From an uncultured Candidatus Peribacteria bacterium (GTDB lineage: Bacteria > Patescibacteriota > Gracilibacteria > UBA4473): DNA of 47,642 nt. Each line of letters opens with the position of its first letter. Positions within the stretch are counted from its first letter, which is position 1. The stretch spans positions 1-47,642 of the forward strand of contig CAYVJW010000001.1 of assembly GCA_964451885.1 (NCBI GenBank), in the 5' to 3' direction. Below are positions 9,173-18,365 of this stretch, one piece after another. The position numbers and the translations under genes were made by a program. The notes under the pieces are model-generated. The model saw only the letters and a program-made list of their open reading frames with translations. It did no database searches and was not told the DNA's origin.

Positions 9173-10594
9173 ATGAAAGCATCTACTCCTATTGTAGCCA
9201 TCATTGGCCGCCCAAATGTAGGGAAATCCACTCTTTTTAATGCTTTAGTCAAGTCGCAAAAAGCTATTGTTTCGGATATTTCCGGTACTACTCGGGATAG
9301 CCTTATGGAAAAAGTGATTTTCCAGGATAAGATTGCGTTTTGGCTGGTGGATACGGCGGGGTTAACAAACGAGAAAGGGGAAAATCTCGAACAGGAAATT
9401 CAGGCTCAGGTGAAAATTGCTATGGAAAATGCGGATGTGATTCTTTTTTTGATCGACGGAAAAAAGGAACTTACTGCGGACGATTTTTATGTTGTAGAAA
9501 AACTCAGAAAGTCTAACCTTGCAGTTATTATTGCAGCAAATAAGGTTGATGACGGGAGTGAATTACAGGTTTTAGAGTTTTCAAAACTGGGATTGGGGAC
9601 GCCTTTGGCTGTTTCGGCTAAGAATTACACAAATATTAGGGAGTTGCATGACGTTTTGGATCAAAAATTGCAAGAATTAGGTTTTGTTGCGGAAGAAAAA
9701 GTTTCGGATGACAATAAAGAAATAATAAATATTGCTCTTGTCGGTCGTCCGAATGTCGGCAAAAGTTCACTTCTTAATGCTTTTCTTGGTCACTCCAGGT
9801 CGGTTGTTTCTGATATTCCGGGAACAACTCGTGATACCATTGACACAGAATTTACAGATGCAAACGGACAGGAGTTTTGTTTTCTCGACACGGCTGGGCT
9901 TAGAAAATCCGGTAAAATCGGGCGAAATTTGGAATTCTGGGCATCGGTGCGCACTACTCGGGCTATAGAACGGGCTGATGTGTGTGTGCTGCTGATAGAT
10001 GCTCTTGATGGGGTAACCCATCAAGATTTAGCTATTGCGGGAAAAATAGTAAAGCAGGGAAAAGGAATTATTGTCGGAGTTAATAAGTTTGATCTTGTTC
10101 GTAATCAATCTCGGCAAAAAGAAGAGTCAGATGATTGTGAAGTGGCGGAGGTGAAAATGTGGGGGGAAGGGATTGATGAAATCCGAAAAAAATATCTTTC
10201 TTATTTGCATCGTAAAATTTCTTTTCTTCCTTGGGCTCCGGTTTTGTTTTTTTCCGCAAAAACAAGAAAGGGAATTTCAGAAATTCCGCCTTTGGCGAGG
10301 GAGATTTTTGAAGAAAGAAAAAAGCGTATTTCAACTTCTGAGTTAAACCGATGGATTCCGGAAATTTTTTACGGCAATGTTGCTCCGTCTGTGGGAACGA
10401 AACAGGGAAAAATAAAATATGTTTCCCAGGTGGATTCCTGTCCTCCGAAATTTGTATTTTTTGTGAATAACATAAAGGCGTTTCACTTCAGTTATCGGCG
10501 GTATTTGGAGAATAAGATTCGGGAGAAATACGGGTTTTTCGGGATACCGATTATAATTGAGTTGAGAGATGCTATGGAGAAGAGGAAGTCTTAG
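9173..10594 (+). CDS. der: Ribosome-associated GTPase Der (EngA), double GTPase domain
   Basis: Two G domains (GRPNVGKSTLFNAL...DTAG...NKVD and GRPNVGKSSLLNAF...DTAGLRK...NKFD) plus a KH-like C-terminus. The ORF track starts at TTG 9137. I prefer ATG 9173 (MKASTPIVAIIGRPNVGKS). Confidence 0.93.
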   Translation: MKASTPIVAIIGRPNVGKSTLFNALVKSQKAIVSDISGTTRDSLMEKVIFQDKIAFWLVDTAGLTNEKGENLEQEIQAQVKIAMENADVILFLIDGKKELTADDFYVVEKLRKSNLAVIIAANKVDDGSELQVLEFSKLGLGTPLAVSAKNYTNIRELHDVLDQKLQELGFVAEEKVSDDNKEIINIALVGRPNVGKSSLLNAFLGHSRSVVSDIPGTTRDTIDTEFTDANGQEFCFLDTAGLRKSGKIGRNLEFWASVRTTRAIERADVCVLLIDALDGVTHQDLAIAGKIVKQGKGIIVGVNKFDLVRNQSRQKEESDDCEVAEVKMWGEGIDEIRKKYLSYLHRKISFLPWAPVLFFSAKTRKGISEIPPLAREIFEERKKRISTSELNRWIPEIFYGNVAPSVGTKQGKIKYVSQVDSCPPKFVFFVNNIKAFHFSYRRYLENKIREKYGFFGIPIIIELRDAMEKRKS

Positions 10595-11643
10595 ACTTCG
10601 ATTTTCTGCACTTCCCCCAAAAAATTCCCAAAGTGTGAATCATGTGTGGTCGTAAAAAACACCTGCGATTCCTCGCATATTTGTTCCAAATGGGTTTGGC
10701 GGTGGGTATCCAGTTCTGAAAATACGTCATCTAACAGCAGTATTGGCTGTTGGCTGTTTTTTTCAGCGAGGATTTGTTTTTTTGTTGACAGCAGAGCTAG
10801 AAGCACGGAACGGATTTCTCCTCTGCTGGCGGAACTGAGAATTGGTTTTTCTCGTAGAGAAAATTCAAAATCATCCCGGTGTGGCCCCAGGAGTGTTTTT
10901 TGTGCGGAGGTTTCCCGGGTTTTGTGTTTTTTGAAAAATTCCAGGACGCCATTTGGTGTAGGGTCGAACTTTTCGGGGGTTTTTAAGGATATTTGTATTG
11001 GATTATCCGTTCCGGAAATTTTTTTTAATTCTTTCTGAAGCTGAGGATTAATTTTTTTAATGAAATTTTGGCGATCATTCCAGATAAGGGGAATTGTTTC
11101 GGAAAGGATTTTATTCCACGGGGATATTTCTTCGTAAATGTAAGGGTTAGTTTGTTCTCTAAAAGATTTAAGGATTGTGTTTTTTTGTTTTCGAGCTCTA
11201 TTAGCTCTTAGTAAATTATCTCTGTATGTTGGTGAAATTTGTGTCAGGAAACGGTCGAAATATTTCTGCCGGTTTGATTTAGTTCCCGCAAAAAGCTCTA
11301 GATGTTCTGGAACAAAAAGAAGAGAGGGGATAGTGCCAAAGTGATTTTTCAGGGGGATTTTTTTTTCGTTTCTTTCGAATGTTCGGCTGTGGGGAGAAAT
11401 TTTGATTTTAAAGGCATTTTCACCGGCAACTTTTGCTTGAATTAATGAGCTTTCTTGTCCATTTAAAATCAAATCAGTTCCTTTTGTTTCTCTCCAACTT
11501 TTTCCTACGCTCAAAATTGAGATTGCTTCCAGGATATTTGTCTTTCCTTTTCCGTTATTTCCCCAAAAGACCACTTTTTTTTTAAATTCGAAGTGTTTTT
11601 GGTCGTAATTTCGAAAGTCAAAGAGGGAGAGGGAATTTATCAT
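10591..11643 (-). CDS. recF: DNA replication and repair protein RecF
   Basis: 350 aa. Walker A is FWGNNGKGKTNILEAI. The signature/Walker B region is ASRGEIRSVLLALL...PILLLDDVFSELD. Its stop codon overlaps the der stop on the opposite strand. Confidence 0.9.
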   Translation of the reverse strand: MINSLSLFDFRNYDQKHFEFKKKVVFWGNNGKGKTNILEAISILSVGKSWRETKGTDLILNGQESSLIQAKVAGENAFKIKISPHSRTFERNEKKIPLKNHFGTIPSLLFVPEHLELFAGTKSNRQKYFDRFLTQISPTYRDNLLRANRARKQKNTILKSFREQTNPYIYEEISPWNKILSETIPLIWNDRQNFIKKINPQLQKELKKISGTDNPIQISLKTPEKFDPTPNGVLEFFKKHKTRETSAQKTLLGPHRDDFEFSLREKPILSSASRGEIRSVLLALLSTKKQILAEKNSQQPILLLDDVFSELDTHRQTHLEQICEESQVFFTTTHDSHFGNFLGEVQKIEV

Positions 11644-11784
11644 GCTTTTTTTATTCCTTATGGTATTTAAAAATACTTGAATATTGTGAATTGTTGGAAT
11701 TTTTCTTGAATTTTCAATTTCTAATTTCTAATTTTCAAACATAATATAAAAAATAGAGGCTTTAGGAATTAAAAGTTATTGGAC

Positions 11785-12459
11785 ATGGATATCAGGATTG
11801 ACAAAATCATGCGTTCAAAAAGAAGGTCTTTTGCTTTACAAATAGCAGAGGACGGGGATTTGATTGTTCGAGCTCCGAAATATGCGTCAATGGGGGCAAT
11901 ACAGAGGGTTGTAAATGATGCACAGCAGTGGATTCGTAAAAAACAGGCATTTCAACGGGAACGGTACAAGGTAATTGTTTCTAAAAAATTTGTAAACGGG
12001 GAGTCGTTTTTATATTTGGGGAGTGCTTATGAATTATTCATTACTGAATATGCGGACTGTCCTTTGGTTTTTGATAAGGGTTTTGTTCTGTCTCATGAAT
12101 ATATTGGAGAAGCTCAAAAGTTATTTACGGCTTGGTACAGAAAACAGGCGTTTTTGAAGATTTCAGAAAGAGTTGAGAGGTATGCTGTGATTTCGGGTAT
12201 GGAATATAATAAGGTGAAGATCACAAGCGCAAAAACCCGATGGGGTTCGTGCAGTGTTGTCGGAAATTTAAATTTTACCTGGCGTTTAATTATGGCGCCT
12301 TTGGAGGTGGTTGATTATGTGGTGGTTCATGAGTTGGTGCATATAGAGGAAAAAAACCATGGGAGAGGATTTTGGAATAAGGTAGAAATGATTTTTCCAG
12401 GTTACGGGCGGCAGAGGAAGTGGTTGAGGGAAAACGGACATTTGCTGATGTCCTTTTGA
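11785..12459 (+). CDS. YgjP-like (DUF45 / M48-related) metal-dependent hydrolase
   Basis: HExxH motif in VVHELVHIEEKNHGRGFW, and an N-terminal RSKRRSFALQI... pattern typical of the DUF45 family. The start could be TTG 11779 or ATG 11785. Confidence 0.8.
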   Translation: MDIRIDKIMRSKRRSFALQIAEDGDLIVRAPKYASMGAIQRVVNDAQQWIRKKQAFQRERYKVIVSKKFVNGESFLYLGSAYELFITEYADCPLVFDKGFVLSHEYIGEAQKLFTAWYRKQAFLKISERVERYAVISGMEYNKVKITSAKTRWGSCSVVGNLNFTWRLIMAPLEVVDYVVVHELVHIEEKNHGRGFWNKVEMIFPGYGRQRKWLRENGHLLMSF

Positions 12460-12512
12460 CTTTTGATTTTTAAGTTTTATTCTGAGTTTAAAATCATTAA
12501 TTTTTATTTAAA

Positions 12513-13034
12513 ATGAAGAAAAATATCGCTTTACTTTTGGTATTTTTTATGTTTCCTTTGTTGATAGCTTGTGATCAACAGGATGGGCAGATTGAGGATG
12601 AATCTTTGGAAGGGGAGGAAAAACAGAAAGAGGAATATACGTTTGATGATTCCGTTAAGGATTTGAAGGCGAATGTTATTGAGTCCACCGAAGAGGTGGA
12701 AGTAGATGACGGGGTGGAATTGAGAGTAGCAACTTTAATCGAAGGGGGTGGTCGAGAAATAAAGAAGGGGGATAATATTATTGTGGATTATGTAGGAATG
12801 TTTACGGACGGAAAAAAGTTTGATGCTAGCCAGGATTATGGGAAGCCTTTTGCTTTTACTCTTGGAGCTGGGCAGGTTATTCGGGGTTGGGATGAGGGCG
12901 TGGTAGGGATGAAAGTAGGAGAAAAAAGAAAACTGACTATTCCTCCAGAGCTTGCTTATGGAGATCTCAAACACGGAAGAATTCCTCCGAATTCAACGTT
13001 GGTTTTTGAAGTGGAATTGTTAGAAATAAAGTAG
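12513..13034 (+). CDS. FKBP-type peptidyl-prolyl cis-trans isomerase, lipoprotein
   Basis: Lipobox LLIAC after the signal peptide. FKBP core reads GDNIIVDYVGMFTDGKKFDAS..FAFTLGAGQVIRGWDEGVVGMKVGEKRKLTIPPELAYG. Confidence 0.9.
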   Translation: MKKNIALLLVFFMFPLLIACDQQDGQIEDESLEGEEKQKEEYTFDDSVKDLKANVIESTEEVEVDDGVELRVATLIEGGGREIKKGDNIIVDYVGMFTDGKKFDASQDYGKPFAFTLGAGQVIRGWDEGVVGMKVGEKRKLTIPPELAYGDLKHGRIPPNSTLVFEVELLEIK

Positions 13035-13035
13035 G

Positions 13036-13063
13036 GGGTGAATCTGCGTGTTCGCCCTTTTTT
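13036..13063 (+). terminator. Putative intrinsic terminator after the FKBP gene
   Basis: gggtgaa(13036-13042) pairs with ttcgccc(13051-13057) as a 7-bp stem including one G-U. It is followed by tttttt (13058-13063). Confidence 0.6.
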
Positions 13064-13086
13064 GGGCAGACACATAAGTCTAGTCC

Positions 13087-13371
13087 CTACGGAGTGGCAG
13101 CTGCTTCTTCCGCTTGTTCTTGTGTGGGGAGTGTTTCCGAATCGATGCAGGTTACGTTGATAAGGTCTACTTTTTGTTCTCCCACGAAGAGGTTGATCGG
13201 TTGGCAGGCAGGATCGATAGTTCTGCCCACTATTTCGGTAATAATCGAGGCGGCTCCTGATTCGAATGCTCGTTGTTCAATGTAGTGTTTTCCTGCCCAT
13301 AGTCCGTAGCCGATGAGAATTATTAGTAATAAGATTGAAATAATTTTTGTTGCTGATTTCTTTTTTGTCAT
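13087..13371 (-). CDS. Hypothetical small membrane-anchored protein
   Basis: 94 aa with an N-terminal TM segment IISILLLIILIGYGLWA and two Cys residues in the C-terminal part. I recognise no family. Confidence 0.45.
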   Translation of the reverse strand: MTKKKSATKIISILLLIILIGYGLWAGKHYIEQRAFESGAASIITEIVGRTIDPACQPINLFVGEQKVDLINVTCIDSETLPTQEQAEEAAATP

Positions 13372-13482
13372 GGATTTTATTTAGATAGTAAGTTCTTGTT
13401 AAGTTTAAAAATCTCTTCAGGTAAATGCAAGCTAATTGTTAATAACTCGCCAACTTGCTAATTTTATGCTACTGTTCTCGCG

Positions 13483-14040
13483 ATGCTATCTCCGGAAGAT
13501 ATCGAAAATCTCGTAAATAAAGCGCAAAGTGGAAGTGAAAAAAGTTTTTCAAAACTTTTTGACCATTTTTTTCCGAAGGTGTTTCGGCATGTGTCTTTTC
13601 GTGTGTCTGATGAAAACACAGAAGACATAACGTCGGATATTTTTTTAAAGATAGTGCAACATTTGGGGAAATATGTTCCTCAAAGAAATGCGGGATTTTC
13701 TGCTTGGATTTTTCGTATTGTCCATAATGCCATAATAGACCACTATCGGAAAAAGAAAGAACTACTCGGAATAGATAATGAGGAGAAAGATTTTTTTGCT
13801 GAAATCCCGGATGAAGAAGATTTACATCCTGATAATTTGGCAAACCGGGATTTTGATATTCGAAAAATGCATGTACTTTTAAGGGAACTGCCGGCGATTC
13901 AGCGGACAATTTTGGAACTTAAATATTTGGAGGAATTTTCAAATGCTGAAATATCTTATGTTACGGGAAAATCAGAAGGGAATGTTCGAATAATCCAGTT
14001 GAGGGCGTTGAGGAAAATGAGAAAGGAGTGGAAAAAATAA
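13483..14040 (+). CDS. ECF-type (group 4) sigma-70 family RNA polymerase sigma factor
   Basis: 185 aa. The region 2-like segment is FSAWIFRIVHNAIIDHYRKKK. The region 4 HTH is ILELKYLEEFSNAEISYVTGKSEGNVRIIQLRALRKMRK. Confidence 0.85.
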   Translation: MLSPEDIENLVNKAQSGSEKSFSKLFDHFFPKVFRHVSFRVSDENTEDITSDIFLKIVQHLGKYVPQRNAGFSAWIFRIVHNAIIDHYRKKKELLGIDNEEKDFFAEIPDEEDLHPDNLANRDFDIRKMHVLLRELPAIQRTILELKYLEEFSNAEISYVTGKSEGNVRIIQLRALRKMRKEWKK

Positions 14041-14045
14041 AAATG

Positions 14046-14387
14046 CTACAGTTCTGACTTAAAGTCTGGGCTAAGCAAGTGCAAATGCACTCTTGGTACC
14101 ACCTGTCCTGCCGTTTCATCGACGTTCATATGTAGTTTATAGCCTTCCAGTTCTAAGCTTTCGGCGATTTGTTTGGCGGCTAAAAACATTTCTCCGAACA
14201 ATTTCAAGTTTTTTTCTTCTACTTCTTTTGCTGTCTTTAAAGCTTCTTTTGGGACAATAATAATATGTATTTTTGCTTTGGGATTTATATCTTTAAAGGC
14301 GATCATTCGGTCGGTTTCAAAGACGATATCGGAGGGAATTTCACGGGCAATGATTTTTGCGAAAACATCAGTATCTAAGAATGGCAT
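14046..14387 (-). CDS. HIT (histidine triad) family nucleotide hydrolase
   Basis: 113 aa. C-terminal histidine triad in QVVPRVHLHLLS, and an N-terminal FAKIIAREIPS motif. Confidence 0.85.
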   Translation of the reverse strand: MPFLDTDVFAKIIAREIPSDIVFETDRMIAFKDINPKAKIHIIIVPKEALKTAKEVEEKNLKLFGEMFLAAKQIAESLELEGYKLHMNVDETAGQVVPRVHLHLLSPDFKSEL

Positions 14388-14425
14388 TATATTTGAATTT
14401 AAGAATTATAATTTAGGAATAAATC

Positions 14426-15619
<1,194 letters not shown>

Positions 15620-16372
15620 CTAAAGCACCTTCTTCCTCCTCCCTCTCCAAACAAGAAAGATAATAATAACAAGATCTATGATTTGTTCTATTCTCAGCAT
15701 TTCGTAAAGCAAATAGGTTTTATCTCCATAGAGAAACTGTAGAAAAAAGTCAGCCATAAAAAATAGTATTCCGGTGCGGATGGCTAGTTTTTCGGGAAAG
15801 CGTTCATATGTTTTTTCATGGCCTTTTGTCCAATACAAGAGCCAGAGGTGGATGAAAAAGGCGTAGAGGGATATCGGGTGGACGGGGTTGAGGATGTCTA
15901 CGCCGAAAGTCTGGTATTGGATTCCCCAAGGGAGGGTGGTTTCTTTTCCGTAAGTGGCACCGGTTAAAAAAGCTGCTATGTCGGTGATTAATATTCCTAG
16001 AAGTATGGATGGAATGGCTATGTCTATCCATTGGGAAAAAGTATAGCCGTGTTTTTTAAGGTCCCACCGGGCTGTCAGCAGGCATCCTATTAGGCTTCCG
16101 TAAAAATTTATTCCACCGTCCCAGAAGGTTAAAAAAAAGTAAATACCGTTTTTTTCTATGATGCCGGGTTCAAGCAGTATTGCAAAAATTCTTCCTACTA
16201 TTATTGCCCCCAGTACCCATTTCCAAAAATGATGAAGGAAAAAATCAACCAGGATGGTTCTTTTTTGAAGCCTTTTATAATAATTCCAAGCTCCGGCTAT
16301 GAAGGCCAAAGACAGCAGGATTCCGTATATTTTGAGACTGAAGAAGCCGAAGGAAAGTTGGTAGAAGTTCAT
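15620..16372 (-). CDS. lgt: Prolipoprotein diacylglyceryl transferase, divergent paralogue 1
   Basis: Polytopic membrane protein with Lgt-like motifs: FSLKIYGILLSLAFIAGAW, WDGGINFYGSLIG, ATYGKETTLPWGIQY. I prefer ATG 16372 (MNFYQLSF) over the GTG at 16405, which overlaps the upstream gene's stop. Confidence 0.7.
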   Translation of the reverse strand: MNFYQLSFGFFSLKIYGILLSLAFIAGAWNYYKRLQKRTILVDFFLHHFWKWVLGAIIVGRIFAILLEPGIIEKNGIYFFLTFWDGGINFYGSLIGCLLTARWDLKKHGYTFSQWIDIAIPSILLGILITDIAAFLTGATYGKETTLPWGIQYQTFGVDILNPVHPISLYAFFIHLWLLYWTKGHEKTYERFPEKLAIRTGILFFMADFFLQFLYGDKTYLLYEMLRIEQIIDLVIIIFLVWRGRRKKVL

Positions 16373-16401
16373 GGATATCAAAAGTAAGTTTTTTATTACT
16401 C

Positions 16402-17262
16402 TCACACTCTAATTACTATGTCAACTTTCTCATCATGATCTTCTCTTGGGGTCTCTTTTACAATAGAAAATTTTGGCAGTACTATTACTTTTAGTGTTTT
16501 AATGCTTGATAAAACCCGGTCGTAAAACCCCATTCCCTGTCCCAGTCTGTTATTTTCATTGTCAGCTGCTACTGCAGGAATGAAAGCGATGTTGATTTCA
16601 GAAAGATCATATTTACTTTGAGTATTTGGTTCGGGGATATTAAACTTTCCTGGTTTTAATTTTTCATACGTTGAAGCATAAAACTTCATTTCGTCATTTC
16701 TAATTAATGGGAAATAATATTTCTTTTCCGGAAATGTCTTACATAGTTTTTCTACAAAATTTATTTCGTTATTAATTGGGGCGTAGATAAGTACGTGTGA
16801 GGCAGTTTTAAACTTAGGAAGATGCAATATTTTTTCTATGGCGGTCGTGGCCCATGCTTCTTTTTGTTCCGGTGAGACAGTTTGCCATTTTTTATTTATT
16901 TCTTGGCGGAGAAAGAATTTTCGTGCTCGGAGGATGTCTTTTTCCACTTGTGAGAAAAGCGCATCGGCGTTTTGGAAAGTTTTAGTCGGGCGGTCGAACT
17001 TTAATGTGTCAATCTCCATAATTTCATTATAAATTTGTTTGTCAAAATCCAGGATGTGGACTTCGACGGAAAAGTTGCCTCCAAAAGTTTGTCTTTCTCC
17101 GTAATGAAGTACTGCATTAAAATGCTTTCCTCCCAAAAAAACTTGAACAAAATAAACACCGTGTTTAAGGTTGGCACGTCCAATAATTTTGAGGTTGGCA
17201 GTGGCGATTCCAAACTTTGTTCCTATGGAAACGCCGGGGATTACTTGGCCTGTGAATTTCAT
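16402..17262 (-). CDS. Fusion protein: riboflavin kinase domain (N-terminal) + 5-formyltetrahydrofolate cyclo-ligase domain (C-terminal)
   Basis: The N-terminal roughly 115 aa reads GQVIPGVSIGTKFGIATANL...HGVYFVQV...HYGERQTFGG..VEVHILDFDKQIYNEIMEI, the RibF C-terminal riboflavin kinase pattern. The C-terminal roughly 170 aa reads VLIYAPINNEINF...KPGKFNIPEP...IAFIPAVAADNENNRLGQGMGFYDR...PREDHDEKVDIVI, the MTHFS pattern. Confidence 0.8.
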   Translation of the reverse strand: MKFTGQVIPGVSIGTKFGIATANLKIIGRANLKHGVYFVQVFLGGKHFNAVLHYGERQTFGGNFSVEVHILDFDKQIYNEIMEIDTLKFDRPTKTFQNADALFSQVEKDILRARKFFLRQEINKKWQTVSPEQKEAWATTAIEKILHLPKFKTASHVLIYAPINNEINFVEKLCKTFPEKKYYFPLIRNDEMKFYASTYEKLKPGKFNIPEPNTQSKYDLSEINIAFIPAVAADNENNRLGQGMGFYDRVLSSIKTLKVIVLPKFSIVKETPREDHDEKVDIVIRV

Positions 17263-17282
17263 TTGTGTAGATTGTAGTAAAA

Positions 17283-17903
17283 ATGAAATATCTTATGAAA
17301 AGATTTTGGTTTGGACTATTGATATTGGTTTTAACCGGTTGTGGTATAGCTGAAGATAAGTCGGGTTCATTTCCTTCTTACATCATCCTTCAAAACTCAG
17401 ATGGCAGAGTAATTGGAGCAGCTACTGAGATTGAAGCAAATGTTTTTGTAACGGCAGATCATTTACTGGAAAAATCAAAATCATTATTTCATGAAGGACA
17501 AAAAGTTCAAATATTAGGTCGGGATTTTGAGCATGATTTGATGGTTTTTTCCTTAGGGATCCCACGACTAAAATCATGGGTTAACGAGCATAATATATTG
17601 GTTAATGAGGGACAAGTAGGAGATAAGGTTTTCTGGTTTGATGGAGAACAATTTCGAGAGGAATCAATACTTTCGGTTTTAGAAGATTTTATTATTGAGG
17701 ATCATGTAAAAAAGAATCTTATGGTTTTATCCGGTATAATTTCTCCTGGGGATTCGGGGATGCCGGTATTTAATAATGAGGGTGGAATTCAGGGGATTTT
17801 GATTGGGGCGGACAAGGCTGAAAATATTTCTTTTGCCGTTTCGGCAGATATTATTCTGCAATTTATTACAGAAAATATTGACGAACGAGTAAATTATCCC
17901 TAA
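17283..17903 (+). CDS. Trypsin-like (S1 family) serine protease, lipoprotein
   Basis: Lipobox LVLTGC. Candidate catalytic triad: His in VFVTADHLLE, Asp in FEHDLMVF, Ser in SPGDSGMPVF. Confidence 0.7.
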   Translation: MKYLMKRFWFGLLILVLTGCGIAEDKSGSFPSYIILQNSDGRVIGAATEIEANVFVTADHLLEKSKSLFHEGQKVQILGRDFEHDLMVFSLGIPRLKSWVNEHNILVNEGQVGDKVFWFDGEQFREESILSVLEDFIIEDHVKKNLMVLSGIISPGDSGMPVFNNEGGIQGILIGADKAENISFAVSADIILQFITENIDERVNYP

Positions 17904-17940
17904 GGTGCATGCAGCTTAAGTGACTATGTAAATTGTAAAA

Positions 17941-18204
17941 ATGCAAAGGACGGAAAAAAAGGGCATCATCAAAAAATTTCAAACCCACGGAAAAGATTCC
18001 GGGTCAGCACAGGTTCAGGTGGCTATTCTTACTAAAAGGATAGAGGCTTTGACTGAGCATTTAAAAGCCCATAAAAAAGATAAGCATTCCCGGCGCGGGT
18101 TGATTGGGATGGTTGGAAAAAGAAGAAGGCTTCTCAAATATCTTCAGATGAATGATACAAGGCAATATTCTGAAGTCACTAAGTCTCTGGGTCTCCGCAA
18201 ATGA
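17941..18204 (+). CDS. rpsO: 30S ribosomal protein S15
   Basis: 87 aa. Motifs are [34 protein letters not shown] and [10 protein letters not shown]. Confidence 0.97.
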   Translation: MQRTEKKGIIKKFQTHGKDSGSAQVQVAILTKRIEALTEHLKAHKKDKHSRRGLIGMVGKRRRLLKYLQMNDTRQYSEVTKSLGLRK

Positions 18205-18311
18205 TTTTTTTAATTCGGAGCAAGACCTGGTGTTTTTCTTTGATTTAAGAAGAATTCCAAAGCTTTGTTCCGAATATCGATTGCGGGGATTAAAAAACAG
18301 TCAATCAGAAA

Positions 18312-18331
18312 GCGCGGTCTGCAGGTCGCGC
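18312..18331 (+). promoter_or_regulatory. GC-rich hairpin in the rpsO-pnp spacer (candidate pnp leader processing/autoregulation stem)
   Basis: gcgcggtc tgca ggtcgcgc forms an 8-bp stem (6 Watson-Crick, 2 G-U) with a 4-nt loop. It is the only GC-rich patch in the AT-rich 160-nt spacer, about 35 nt upstream of the pnp start. Confidence 0.4.
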
Positions 18332-18365
18332 CTAAGCACTAAATAAACTATTTTTAATCCTCTTT

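Noticed and set aside
10591-10594. Overlapping stop codons of convergent genes (der/recF at 10591-10594; eno and the heptad protein at 25559-25564)
   Set aside because: The overlaps are real (ttag and ttatga share bases between strands). I read them as extreme genome compaction rather than a specific regulatory device. Note that there is no room for terminators at these sites.
11716-11735. Recurrent AT-rich motif aatttctaatttcta (also at 23743-23758 and 32848-32859) as a possible shared regulatory site
   Set aside because: This is a low-complexity 7-mer tandem in AT-rich DNA. The copies have inconsistent orientation and distance relative to adjacent start codons, and one copy is partly coding. 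It is most likely chance or compositional.
13469-13909. 146-aa minus-strand ORF overlapping the ECF sigma factor gene, plus many similar antisense ORFs inside pheS, rpoD, pheT, pnp, the PBP gene and others
   Set aside because: Each lies antisense to a gene with unmistakable conserved motifs. Their translations are low-complexity and lack any motif.
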